From contig JAQFVV010000007.1 of the NCBI GenBank assembly GCA_028023455.1, positions 7,316,001-7,380,000 of the forward strand: DNA of 64,000 nucleotides. The letters are read 5' to 3'. Source of the DNA: Epiperipatus broadwayi. Taxonomy: Eukaryota; Animalia; Onychophora. A program made the translations under genes and the position numbers. Below the pieces are notes generated by a model. The model worked only from the letters and a program-made list of their open reading frames with translations. It was not told the DNA's origin and ran no database searches. Positions 52,119-64,000 of this stretch are shown here, piece by piece. Each line of letters starts with the position of its first letter. Position 1 is the stretch's first letter.

Positions 52119-54818
52119 CTATTGTTTCCCTGGATCAGGTGGCACATATGGTTTTAACTGTCTGGCATTGTAAATCCCCTGGAGTCCCTTTCCCTTTAGC
52201 AAAAACGCATTGTCATGGCAATCCTTTATTATTTCATATGGCCCACTGTATAATGGGAAGAATTTCTTGAATTCTTTCTTAGGGGCATTACTAGTTCTTG
52301 GTGATCTTAACCAAACTTGATCCCCAACTTTAAAATAGTAATGTTGCATCCTCCCTCTTTTTATTCGCCTCTGGGCCATCTGCGCTAGCCGCTTTCTGGC
52401 CATATCTTGGTCAGTTATTGGGTTAATACACGTTTCATCTTTTGGTAATAGTGAAGAAAAAATGGCCTGACATGGCTGCCCATAGTGAAGACGTGTAGGT
52501 GCGAAACCCGTTGACTCATTCATTGTATTATTAATGCAGTCCATAACATATGGAAGTTTATCCACCCATCTCCGATGATCTGTAGGTATGCACACACGAA
52601 AGAGTTGACTAATTTCTCTCATAACTCTTTCACATGGGTTGGACTGCGGGTTTCTAATTGATGTCATACGATGATTTACCTTTTGTTTTTTTGTCCAATT
52701 CTTCCACTCTTTTGAGGTAAACGCTGAGCCATGATCTGATAATATGGTCTCAGGCTTACCTACCTCATAAAATTGCTTATCCTGTAGGGCCCGAATGGCA
52801 TTTCGTGAATTTGTGGTTCGCACTGGGTAAATTTGAACATACTTTGAAAAAATATCATATGTGACAAGCAAGTATTGAAAGGTCCTAAATTTGGGAAGGG
52901 GCCCATAATGATCTATAGCGAGGATTTCATTTGGTCTTGTGGCCATCACTGGTTTCATACCTCCTGCATATGATTTATTTGGAAATTTAATGGCAGCACA
53001 GATGTCACATTGTCTAATAGTAGTGAGAATCTGATTGTACATTCCTGGCCAGTAAAACTGACGACGCACTGCCTCTTCTGTCTTTCTTGGTCCGTAGTGC
53101 CCAATGATTTGATGAATGTGCCTAAGTAAGGATGGTCTCAGCCTATCTGGGACCATAGTTTTCCATGGTGCAGTATAGTCCCCAGTTTTGGTCTGTAAAA
53201 TACCCTCCTTGACCCGAAAGTGAGTGTATTTGCTTTGTAGGTTCTTGTCCTTACTCTGGGTCTTGGACAACTCCAGAATAATGTGGTGATATTGTATGCC
53301 CTGCCAGTATGCAAGATTCCTTAGCTCGGCCTCGGCGGGACTCAATGTTTTGGTGACCATAATTTTTAAGGATTGATCGTTTATTTTTGGGTTCTGTATG
53401 CTCATTTGTACTGGATGGCGACTTAAAACGTCAGCCACCACATTCTCTGGTCCTGGGCAATATTGGATCTTATACTGAAATTGTTGGAGGACCAAGCTCC
53501 ATCTAATGAGTCGGTCATTGGTGAGGAAACTCTTATTAAGAAATTCTAGACATTGGTGGTCAGTTATGATGACAACTTCTGATCCCAGAAGGAACTGCCG
53601 GAATTTCTGGCATGCCCATACTATGGCAAGAGTTTCTTGCTCAGTGGTGGTGTAATGTACTTCAGCACCCTTTAAAGCACGACTGCAAAAATATATCACT
53701 TGATGTTCACCAGAATCACCCTTTTGAAACAAAACAGCTCCCAGCCCTTGTTTGCTGCTGTCAGTTTGTACGTAAAAGGTCCGACTAAAATCAGGGTGGT
53801 GCAGCATAACCGCCCGTAGAAAGTTTTCTTTTATGTTTAGTAGTTCCTGGTCATGGAGTGGGGTCCATTCCCACTTTCGGTTTTTTTTTATGAGGTCTAT
53901 AAGATTCCTAGTTTCCTGGGCAAAGTTTGGATAGAACTTGTGATAAAAGTTGCAAAGTCCAAGAAATGATCGGATCTGTTTCCGAGTAGTCGGGGTTGGA
54001 AACTTCTCTATGGCTGCAACTTTGTCCGGATGTACCTTGATACCATGTTTGTTAATGACATGACCAAGGAAGGTTATCTCCCCAATAGCAAAACGGCTTT
54101 TCTCTAAATTCACTGTGATATTCTTCATTCTGCATTCATTCAGGAACATTTCCAAATGTTGTAAGTGTTCCTTCACATCTTCTGAGATGATTACAATGTC
54201 ATCAACATAGCATACCATCTGTTTTTGTACTTCTTCAGAAAGGACCTGCCTCAAACAGCGCATAAGTCCTGCTCCACTATTAATAAGTCCGAAGGGAACC
54301 CTTTTAAAAACGTGCGTGTAGCCACCGTACCGAAATGCCGTGTATTTCCGGTCCCTTGGATCGAGATTCAATTGCCAGTAACTGGCAGTTAAATCTAATG
54401 TTGAAAATACCGTCTTCCCAGCTAATCGCACAAGTACTTCTTGGATAGGAGGGGGAGCATCTCTTTCCGGTATAGTGATGCTGTTTAACCTCCGGGCATC
54501 CAAGCAAAGCCGCAAGTTTCCATTTTTCTTCTTGACGACGACTAATGGGTTGTTATACGGAGACGGGCTGCACTCGACAATATTCCATTCGATCATTTGT
54601 TTTATCTGTGCTTCTACTTCATCTTTATACTGAAATGGAATCGGGTACGTTTTGGACTGGATGTAAGTTTCTTCTTTCACTCTGATTCGGTGGGTATACC
54701 CTGTAATCTCGCCTGGCATTGGAGAGAAAATTATGGCATATTTCTTGAGGATTTTCCGCATTTGTTCGGTATCATCCGGTTCAGTAATGATGGATTCTTC
54801 AACCTTTTTGTCAATCAT
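52119..54818 (-). CDS. pol: Gypsy Pol: reverse transcriptase, RNase H and integrase (frame is open from about 54971)
   Basis: SPYNNPLVVVKKKNGNLRLCLDARRLN, RVPFGLINS, YVDDIV, VQTDSSKQGLGAVL, YTTTEQETLA, VADVLSR, integrase H..IGHYG...C..C, IDHYGP, ILSDHGSAF, NPCERVMR and a GPY motif. Confidence 0.97.
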   Translation of the reverse strand: MIDKKVEESIITEPDDTEQMRKILKKYAIIFSPMPGEITGYTHRIRVKEETYIQSKTYPIPFQYKDEVEAQIKQMIEWNIVECSPSPYNNPLVVVKKKNGNLRLCLDARRLNSITIPERDAPPPIQEVLVRLAGKTVFSTLDLTASYWQLNLDPRDRKYTAFRYGGYTHVFKRVPFGLINSGAGLMRCLRQVLSEEVQKQMVCYVDDIVIISEDVKEHLQHLEMFLNECRMKNITVNLEKSRFAIGEITFLGHVINKHGIKVHPDKVAAIEKFPTPTTRKQIRSFLGLCNFYHKFYPNFAQETRNLIDLIKKNRKWEWTPLHDQELLNIKENFLRAVMLHHPDFSRTFYVQTDSSKQGLGAVLFQKGDSGEHQVIYFCSRALKGAEVHYTTTEQETLAIVWACQKFRQFLLGSEVVIITDHQCLEFLNKSFLTNDRLIRWSLVLQQFQYKIQYCPGPENVVADVLSRHPVQMSIQNPKINDQSLKIMVTKTLSPAEAELRNLAYWQGIQYHHIILELSKTQSKDKNLQSKYTHFRVKEGILQTKTGDYTAPWKTMVPDRLRPSLLRHIHQIIGHYGPRKTEEAVRRQFYWPGMYNQILTTIRQCDICAAIKFPNKSYAGGMKPVMATRPNEILAIDHYGPLPKFRTFQYLLVTYDIFSKYVQIYPVRTTNSRNAIRALQDKQFYEVGKPETILSDHGSAFTSKEWKNWTKKQKVNHRMTSIRNPQSNPCERVMREISQLFRVCIPTDHRRWVDKLPYVMDCINNTMNESTGFAPTRLHYGQPCQAIFSSLLPKDETCINPITDQDMARKRLAQMAQRRIKRGRMQHYYFKVGDQVWLRSPRTSNAPKKEFKKFFPLYSGPYEIIKDCHDNAFLLKGKGLQGIYNARQLKPYVPPDPGKQ

Positions 54819-54927
54819 TGAAAGATCAACTGGCTGGATTAGGCAACTTTCATGGTTTCCTTCTCGGTGGAGTGATGTTTTAAAGGTGATGGTTTCTTTT
54901 CCAAATGAGCATCTACCTTTAGGGTAG

Positions 54928-55875
54928 TCAATAATGCCTTGGTTTTGAATCAGAAGAGTCGGAACCCAATACTACATCATATATGAGCCCTGTCATAATA
55001 AGAAAGGTATGTCCTACTAGCCTTCTGTTGATTTCAACCTCCAACCACACTTGATGGTTTTCACTTGACACCTTTTTCCCATTAGCCAAGGTCATTTGGA
55101 TCGGACGGGTTGGGAGTTGCATTATCTCGCGTCTCTTTTTCAAGCTTCCGATCCATGCCGCAGATACAATGGATGCTTGACTGCCCGAGTCAATCAAGGC
55201 TGATACTCTGCTCTCCTCTACATTTATTTCGATAATGGGACACAAATGAGTTATCTGATGTCCCTCATTATCTTTCTCAGAGATTAGGTTAGTCATTTGA
55301 CTAATGATTGGGGCTGGAAGGTCTTTTCCGTAACTTGGGTCTAGAGATCTAAAATGATTATCCACTTCTTCTAAGAAATTCGTCATCTCGTGGATGGTAC
55401 TAATCTGACTACGAATTATAAGTTTCCGAATTTCTCGTGGCATGTTGTATTCTATCATACGTACAATTCGAGACTCTGGAAAGTTAAAACTGGACAATGA
55501 GCGAAATTTGGCTGACTGTTGTAAAAAAAATCGGTCGTAGGTATTTCCCTTATTTACTGAAAACTGTTCATTAATGAGGTCACGCAACAAGTTTTCTTGC
55601 TTCCTTTCACTCCAGAATGTTTCTAGAAGCTTGTGACAATATTGCTCAAAAGTGTCCGGCTTCTTCTCTATCGCGCCCCACCAGTCTTCGGCCACGGCTT
55701 TCAAATGGTAACGAGCAATTAGTATTTGTTGAACATTATCCAGAGTTTCTATTGCAAAAGCATCGGCTAAACTGTCTATATGTGGCTGAGGATCTTCCCA
55801 GCATCCACCATAAAAATCTATGATTTGAATCAACGGGTATTGAAAGGTCATTGCACTTTCCAGTGGCTTTCCCAT
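54928..55875 (-). CDS. gag: Gypsy Gag (capsid-like) fused in frame to the aspartic protease
   Basis: 315 aa. A capsid-like N-terminal part (AEDWW...TF...LLETFWS) is followed by LIDSGSQASIV and VVLGSD protease motifs. No CCHC is present. Confidence 0.85.
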   Translation of the reverse strand: MGKPLESAMTFQYPLIQIIDFYGGCWEDPQPHIDSLADAFAIETLDNVQQILIARYHLKAVAEDWWGAIEKKPDTFEQYCHKLLETFWSERKQENLLRDLINEQFSVNKGNTYDRFFLQQSAKFRSLSSFNFPESRIVRMIEYNMPREIRKLIIRSQISTIHEMTNFLEEVDNHFRSLDPSYGKDLPAPIISQMTNLISEKDNEGHQITHLCPIIEINVEESRVSALIDSGSQASIVSAAWIGSLKKRREIMQLPTRPIQMTLANGKKVSSENHQVWLEVEINRRLVGHTFLIMTGLIYDVVLGSDSSDSKPRHY

Positions 55876-56333
55876 TTTCTAATATAATAAACAATATAAT
55901 AAACACTGCAGATCAACTTATAGACTCTCTGTATGCTTAAATAATATTTTTTTTCTTTAGTAAATTTTAACTAGGTCTCTGACTACAGGTCCATTGTCCC
56001 AATCTTCACTAGCTGCTGCATATTATTTCCCCAATCTATGTAATCTGCCTTTTTTGGTTTACCTACGTTTTCTTGGTTGGCTCTTTATATTAACTGTTTG
56101 AGTGAGACATGTATTCAAAAATATTAAAGATAAGAAAAAAAAACATTATTCACTTTCCCTTTGTTCAACGGTTCTGTTCTCCCATGTCTGAAAAAAAAAA
56201 CTACAGTGATATACAAATATTCTGTATTAGCAGATACAACAAATCATTCTGTATTGAACACACTTGGTTTTTTATTATGGCGATTGACCCACTGCTGTGC
56301 TGACAATCAATTTTGCTGACAAATTTATTTATA

Positions 56334-56342
56334 TGGGCGCCA
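56334..56342 (-). promoter_or_regulatory. Primer-binding site TGGCGCCCA (tRNA-Lys-like 3' complement)
   Basis: Minus strand reads ...ttttgctCA c TGGCGCCCA: a CA LTR end, a 1-nt spacer, then 9 nt matching the classical Lys-tRNA PBS start. Confidence 0.7.
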
Positions 56343-56343
56343 G

Positions 56344-57339
56344 TGAGCAAAATGAGATCAATAGGGCACGTGATATAACCCATTGACCCCCAAACCACAT
56401 ATGATTGACTTAACTTTTGATAAAACAATTGAATTGATGATGAGTAATATTATTTAATAACAGCTAACGCGTTCATGACCTGAGTTTAAATATAGGAATT
56501 CACTACTTCATTTTTACCAAGCACGAGGCTTTAACACCAAAAAAAAAATGTCAAAATCAATATTACAAGAACTTTTATTGGAGATATTATTCTAAATCCT
56601 GCTAGCATGAAAGCGTGCAAACCATTTAAGCATTTTGCCAACTGCATCTGGCTGCTTGGTGTACACAAAGGGTCTTCACCTGCTTTGAGGTTACTAAAAA
56701 TACGGAGCGAACATTTAATATATATGCTAGCAAGCAATACTTTGAAATTAAGACTTTTATGATATCATATTGGATATTTTATATTATAACAACTGAGATG
56801 AACAAAATTAATTTTGACACAGACAAAATATTTCATTTATTTTACCCCTATGCTTTGATCTGCTCTTGCTACTTCGCTAACGATAATTTTCTTACTGTCA
56901 TGAACGCGTATAAACAAACGTATAATATATATACTGATATAGTACACGTATAATTAATATATATACATATGAATAATTATTTTAACTAACGAATCTTTTA
57001 CTGAACGAACATTTAAAAAAATAATCTTGAAAACATTTTTATAAGAAAGAATTAGAAAATGATATTTTAATTTATTAAATCATTTCAGTATATATATAAC
57101 ACTTTTTTTTTTTTTAAAAAAAAAAAATATCACTCTACAGAAACATTTACTTTATTGGGATTTCAATTAACTGAGTAACTAAAATCACAATTCTAATCTC
57201 CAGGGCATGTGTGGGGTTTATTAAGTCGAGCCACAACGATTGGGCAGCCAAAAACATAACCATGTACCGGTCGAACCCACCACCACCGCAAGTCAAATCG
57301 GATTCAAACTCAGCTTAACCAAAACCGAATTCAAACCCA
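56344..57339 (-). repeat. Putative 5' LTR (about 1 kb, TG...CA)
   Basis: Bounded by the PBS and by aaaccca followed by a TA run. The same aaacccaa 8-mer is the first sequence after the gap (49290-49297). The second LTR is not visible. Confidence 0.5.
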
Positions 57340-60033
57340 ATATATATATATATATTTAGGATGTTTTTTATTTGTAATCTTATATTTCTAACAAATTAAA
57401 TCCAATTTATTAAATTCTAATATAAAATAAAGGTTTAATGTTATAATTAAATATTGAATGGTTAAATAAATTAATAAGCTTTAAATTCTCTTAATATGAA
57501 TAAATTTTAACTCTGTAATAATTAGTTGATTTTCTGATTAATTCACAATATATGATGAGATATACAAATGGACACATTCTATCTATGTGAATTATTCTTA
57601 GAAATTTGATCACATGTAATAATTATTTTATTAGCTAACCTTCAATCAGCTTCATCATTTTTTATTTACAAAAGAAAATAAATCTATTAAAATGTTTCAA
57701 TTTCCAGTTGATCCATGTAGTTATGCACATATTGCAATTAAGAGTCAATCATGTAGCACAAAGGAAAAGGAGTTAGAGTTTAGACAATTGGATGATAATT
57801 TTGTTTTAGCTAAAACATTTATTACAGAAATTATTTAAATATATTAGCATTGTACTAGAATATAATTTAAAGGGAGATTTCATTTTTACATACTATTAGT
57901 TAAAGAGGCTACAGACTATTATTTACAAAAAAAGTATAAAGATGTCAATATTAACTATCAATAATGAATCATATATAATAACTAAAAGTTTTTAACAAGC
58001 ACAAGTTTTTATAATTTTTGTCAATTTAGACATTCAAAACAATTCTAATAATCAAATATTTTTTATATTTTACACAACATCTAATGTTCTTATGTTTTTT
58101 AAGAAGCAAATATTTTTTATTTATTCATTGAGACTATTCAGCTAATGGTTATAGTTGACATGATGAACATACTGTTATCAGAGTGCAGATGTCAGCTGTA
58201 ACTGTTGGTGTCATTAGTTTAGCCCTTAAAAAAATTCATTTTCAGATTCAGGGTAAAAAAATTTTAATTTAGTAATTTAGAAATACATTTATCTTGCTTT
58301 AGGATTTCTGAATTTAACCCTCCTATACTCTGGAAAATTTTTTGTTTTCACTAGATTTAAGCTTTCAACTTTCACTTTAGTATTAAACCATAATTATTTA
58401 TCAGAATATAATAAATTTGACCTCATTTGATTTCCAGAAGTATTGAAAAATTATATTTTAGTGGAAATAAAATACTGTCATATCATGAAATTTCAGGTAG
58501 AGTCATTCCAGTTTTTAGACAATCAATATTTTCTTGAGTATTGTAATATTTCTGCAAAATACATTTAGCAAAGTTCATGATCACTGAATAAACAATGTCT
58601 ACTCATCAAACTGGGGTCAAAATTTCTTTGCAATACCAATTATTTGATTTTCCTGCTATCTTTTGACTTTTTTTAAAACTAAAATATTAGAAAATAAATA
58701 TATATGAAATTTAAAGGTATAAAAAAAAAGTTTCACAAAATTTTCACCAGGAGAAAAAAGCACAAATTTAATTTCTAGAAATCTCAAACAAACTTGACAA
58801 TGTGGACAAAAGACCTGGTTAATAATCTTAAAAATATTAGTTTAAATGATATGATCTGCAGCAAAAAAATTCTCGTGCATTATAATTTATAGTTTTTTTT
58901 TCAATTTTTAAATCTATTAGAAAATCAATTTTACTTTAATTTCTTGGGCTATAGTATAGCTACAAAGTCACTAATTTTGAGGCATTATTTTGACACTGCA
59001 ATTGATTCAGTTTTCTTCATTGTTTTATGGTTATCAATAATGTTAAATTAACAATACATTTTGTTTTGCAAAGAAATCATAACTAAAACTATTAATTAAA
59101 AAATCTGAAGATGTCAGTATCATATAGATGTCATTCATACATTACTCAAATTTAAATATGAAAGTAAGACAAATGCCCTGATTGGTAGTATCATAACACA
59201 AAGAAACTTACAGCAATACTGATTGGTAGCTTTTTGGGCCTCAAACATTTCAAAGTGAGTTTTATTGTTTTAGTATTTCTGAAAGGAAGAGTATAATTTT
59301 CAGTAATTTATTTACATATTTAAGCTTATTTATGCAATATATTTGTTAAATATTTATTTTAAATCAAAAAAGTATATGATTACATTTTATTTGCAAATAT
59401 TTGTTTTTAAAAAAGACAAGTCATAAAATGAAATTACAATAAAGCAGAAGCTGTTTTTAACTGGTTAACAATAATTGTTTTCATAAATTCTGGTAATATT
59501 TTCATTCTTTTACGATGTCTTAAGTAAAATTTGTTTTCATTTTAAAAATAGTATTTGTATAAGAAAGATTTCATTCAATAATTTTTATTAGTAGACAATG
59601 TTACCATCCAATTTGAAAAAAGCACATATGAGTAAAATTGTCATTAAGATGTACCAGATATGAGTGGGAGGAGTGGGATTTTAAATAAATAAGATAAAAA
59701 CTTCAAATGGCTTTATATTAAGCCAAAAACTTTCTTCTCTTTTATCACCTTAAAACATAATCAATGGTAACCTCTCTTATCACATTCTGCCTTTAATATA
59801 AGCATTATTTTAGCAAATAGATGCTAAATCGTAATATCAAAATAATTTCTATGTTAGCTAAAATAAAATTACTAAATATATAACTATACTGGAAATAGCT
59901 TATGTCAACAATTGCATAAAATTCAATTTTAGTATATGAAAACTCTGTCAGTTTTTTTGTATAAAACAATTTCATGGCAACAGCCATGGCCTTTCTGTAA
60001 AAAAAATATTGTGTAGTGACATAGATATATATA

Positions 60034-61649
60034 TACCTGGGTCTCATTTTATGTGGATTTATTTAATGCGATTTTGAAGTTATTCAATTCATGTTTCTTC
60101 TTAATATCTTTGTATGCAGTTTTCTTTTATGTGATAAAAATTATTAGATCAGAAGTTGAACTTTGATAATATGCTATTACTTTAAATATTATAAATTTAG
60201 CACACTCACATATCATATTTAAAATAATAGCGCATCATCGGAGTTTGACTTCCATTTAATAATTTCAATATTTTCAGCACTTTATAATAGACCTGTAATA
60301 GATTTTATTCAATAAAGAAGTTTAGAATTCACTTAAAATCAGGATTTCCCCATTTTATATACACACATTAAATTTTACAAGATTATAATATAAATCTGTT
60401 CAAATGTTATAGATGCCTATACTATGCATATTGTTGTTTTTGTATTTTAAATCACATTCTATTTTTGCTTTTTAAAAAAAGAGTATGTAATCAATTAATC
60501 ATTTAGTGTCCACAAGTAATAAATTTTACAAGATTATAATGTAAATCTGTTCAAACCTTATAGATGTCTATACTATGCATATTGTTGTTTTTGCATTTTA
60601 AATCACATTCTATTTTTGCTATTTAAAAAAAGAGTACATAATCAATTATTCATTTAGTGTCCACAAGTTTTAAAAGTAACAGCATTGGGCACAATTAAAT
60701 TTGACAATTAAAAATTAAAATCTGATTTTTAATTGTAATTAACAATTTAAAAATTATGTAATGTGATCGTGAAACAATGAAATTTGATTTTTAAACAGAA
60801 TTGAAAAGTAAAAAATTAAAGACAAAAATAAGAATTTAATTTTTGTTTGTTTTAATCAAATTTTGCCCAATAGTGGTGAGTAGATGTCTTTTTATTATCA
60901 TAAGTCTAAGTTCTTATTTTTATTTTAAACTTTTAGTTTACCTAATGGAGAGGAAAAAATTTCAAGAGAGTGAATTTCTTTGGAAACAAAAATTTCAATT
61001 TTAGATCGCTTAGCAAAATGGGAAGGATCAACAGTGATTGGAAAACATTTTAGTTTGGGCAAATCCACTATAAGAGCAATTTATTGGGATTTAGATATAA
61101 AGGCCATAGAGTTGACAAAGATTAAGTTGTGGAAATGGGATGGAGCAGAATATGGGAAAACTTAGACTGAGGAATGTAAAATAAAGTAGCTAACAGGTTT
61201 CTCTGGGCATAATTGCTGAGAGATTCTTGACTTTGTTTAAAGAGAAGCTACAGTACATCACATCACATTATCACATGATGAATCTGATGTCTCAAATAGC
61301 GATAATGATTAAAATACCATACATGTATGAAAAAAATGTAAATTAGGCATAAAAATATGTTGTTTTGAATAAAATTAAATACTGTGGTTAATAAAAAAAA
61401 GTAAAAAAAGTTTGTCTTCTATCAATTTTTTTCAAATTTGAAATTTTTTATTAGTCATATTTTATTTCCTTATTTTTTTATTGCAAATTTTAAAGTAATT
61501 TTATGTTGTTGCTTTGCTTTTACACAATTTTTGGAAAATTACAGTACCTATTCCCCATTTTTCAAGGTATGTTAAGTCTATTTTTGTGTGATTTCTTTTG
61601 TGCGTGTTTTCTGAGGAACCTATCTACCACATAAAATGAGACCCAGGTG
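60034..61649 (+). mobile_element. Non-autonomous pogo/Tigger-like DNA transposon with 23-bp TIRs and TA TSD
   Basis: ta|tacctgggtctcattttatgtgg (60034-60056) pairs with ccacataaaatgagacccaggtg|ta (61627-61649). The internal LETKISILDRLAKWEGSTVIGKHFSLGKSTIRAI (60980-61084) resembles the CENP-B/Tigger N-terminal HTH. Confidence 0.85.
60370..60668. repeat. 151-bp tandem duplication inside the Tigger-like element
   Basis: 60370-60517 and 60521-60668 are near-identical with scattered substitutions. Confidence 0.95.
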
Positions 61650-63344
61650 TATTAATATTTTCCTATGTATTTATACCTCCTCTCATTTTTATACTATTCT
61701 GCATTAAACTTTTTTAATATTTCAGTATTTAACAATATCAGATCACATACTTTCAAATTATTAAAATGAACAATTTTTTATAGTATAACAATTATTATGA
61801 CTTAATACATGTTATACTGATGAAATATGAATTCCCTCTATAGTTGTATAATCAATTGTGTGAATTATTCTTTCCGATTTAAAAAAAAATCTTTAATCAT
61901 AAGAGAAAAAATACAATTGGTTTTATAATATGAAGATAATATGATTTATTATTTTTTTCTACAAATAAATTTAATAAACAATATCACAGTTGAATCTTGC
62001 AGTTGACACTTGTGATAGGAAGATACTTAATCAATGTAGCATATAAATCAACAGACAGATCACATGATTGCTGTTTTATAAATAAATAAAAAATTAGGCT
62101 AAATAAATAAAACAAATGCACTAAGCAACCAACTTAAAACATTATAATAATAGTGCAAAAGCCATTCTCTACTCTGGTGCTACCTAGCATAAGCTTAAGT
62201 AATTAGTAATTACTAGATACATATAAAATCTCTTCTTAGGCCAGTTTCTGGCTTTTATCTCTATAAATGAAACCTGGCTTTTAAAATTGGAAGAAATATA
62301 GACTTGCATCCAGTAGTCATCTTTAATTCCATTCAACTGTTAAGTTAAAAACTTGAATTCTAATTATCCTAAGGTTTTGAACTTAAGTAAATCTGAACAG
62401 TTACATAGATCTGAAGCCACTTTATTAACTATATACTTTACTACCTTCAGATCTTTAATAACTTCTATGCACTTTATTCCTCTAGTTAGGAATGTTATTA
62501 ATATCAACAATTCACCAATTCATCAGACTACCCAAGATGGCACCAAAGTAATGAGCTATTCTTATACTATTATATTGTTTTAAGTTGGTAGTTTGATAAG
62601 TTGTTGTCATTATTAACATTCTAGCCAGCAGAAAATGATGACTATAATTACTAAAGATGTTAAAATATATAATAGCTCAATTGGTTTCAGATTCACTCGG
62701 ATTGATATGGGTTCAAAACCTTAGGTTACTTTGAATTTGAAGTTTGTATCTTGACAGATAAAAATGGTGTTAAAGAATGCTATTGAATGCATATCAGAAT
62801 TCTTGCCATCTTTGAATCCCTGGCAAGACAAAAGTCAAAAACTGATCTATGTATAGGGATTCAAACACTAAGACTAGGATTTTATATGAAACTATGTAAG
62901 CACTGATTACTCAAATATTTCCTAGATCATGCTAATGTGGAGAGATACTCTTATATTACTAGACTATATTATTGTTTAAAAAAAATTTCACTTTATTTCT
63001 AACCTTTACTATTTCTGCTAGTAAATACTTTAATCTGTATATCTTCATGTCTTCTATGAATAACCTGTCATTTTGTACTGATGAATTGTTTGTCAAGAAT
63101 TAATATAAAATGTTGCTCAATATTGAAAGAAATGTTATTAGTTGCAGATATTTAATTCATATTACATCACAAAATTAATTTATAATATTATATCTTCCCA
63201 GCCCATTTTGCATCAATGCAGTATCAAGTAATTATTTTTTCCAGCTCTTTGTATTATAGTTAGCTTACTAAAATGTTAATAAGTTAAGCATTATCCTGCC
63301 CTTCACCCCACTCAAGCTCAATAAAAGTATTCATATGCTCTTTT

Positions 63345-63624
<280 letters not shown>

Positions 63625-63716
63625 TTATATTAAATATCAATATTATTATATCTCTTGAATGATAAATTTCCATGAATCACATAGTATCATATAAAAAACA
63701 GCAGGTATTTGTTCTT

Positions 63717-63905
63717 CATCAGCATCATTATCATCAACCATTATCAACCCATTGCAGGATGAATGTCTATCCAAGTTTAATCCATCTTCTCTGATTTTTA
63801 GCTTCTCTTCTCTACATTATCTCTGCAAACTTTCTTATTTCATCCATCCATCTCACATGTGGTCACTTTCTGGGTCTTTTACAATCTCTTGGAATCCAGA
63901 CACTT
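63717..63905 (-). mobile_element. RTE LINE 3' end, same family as 1-835
   Basis: Its reverse complement aligns with about 660-835 (ctggattccaagagatt...aaaaga.ccagaaa..., ttggaNagaNNTTC...ctgcaatgg...(gat)n). Confidence 0.8.
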
Positions 63906-64000
63906 ATTATTTTCATAAATTGTTTTTTTCACACAAAAAAGAGAACATACATTGTGCTCTACTGAACAGTAAACTAATGACTTGTTTTATTTCAAAGCTA

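Larger units (their letters stand above)
49290..57339 (-). mobile_element. Young Ty3/Gypsy LTR retrotransposon (3' LTR probably lost in the gap)
   Basis: Long gag-pro and RT-RNaseH-IN ORFs in Gypsy order, a PBS at 56334-56342, retained CpGs, and TA runs on both sides. The outer boundaries are inferred. Confidence 0.9.

Noticed and set aside
57300-57313. ggattcaaactcag shared between the putative LTR end and the hammerhead-repeat terminus (21431-21444)
   Set aside because: A short B-box-like motif common to many tRNA-related repeats; there is no further alignment and no hammerhead core in the LTR.

Overview
This is a very AT-rich, repeat-dense eukaryotic (metazoan, probably invertebrate) window with a 500-N assembly gap at 48790-49289. 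I could not support any host protein-coding gene, rRNA, true tRNA or CRISPR array. The window is a mosaic of transposon relics: RTE, Vingi/Ingi-like and L1/Tx1-like LINE fragments, two Penelope-like (RT/GIY-YIG) fragments, a tRNA-derived SINE family, decayed mariner and pogo/Tigger elements, fold-back/MITE-like hairpins and microsatellites. It also holds one young, almost intact Ty3/Gypsy LTR retrotransposon on the minus strand (about 49290-57339). The signal the ORF track misses is a dispersed repeat family with about 10 copies that carries a type I hammerhead ribozyme. Its hand-built consensus is ACCAA-CUGAUGA-GUGCU-GGUUU-AGCAC-GAAA-UACGUA-UA^UUGGU. The family shows a covarying bulged helix I, a palindromic minimal helix III, a tRNA T-loop-like 3' end, and head-to-head and tandem arrangements. 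Hammerheads in Penelope-like elements and retrozymes are a known class; whether this family is new cannot be judged without a database search. All alignments and folds were done by eye.
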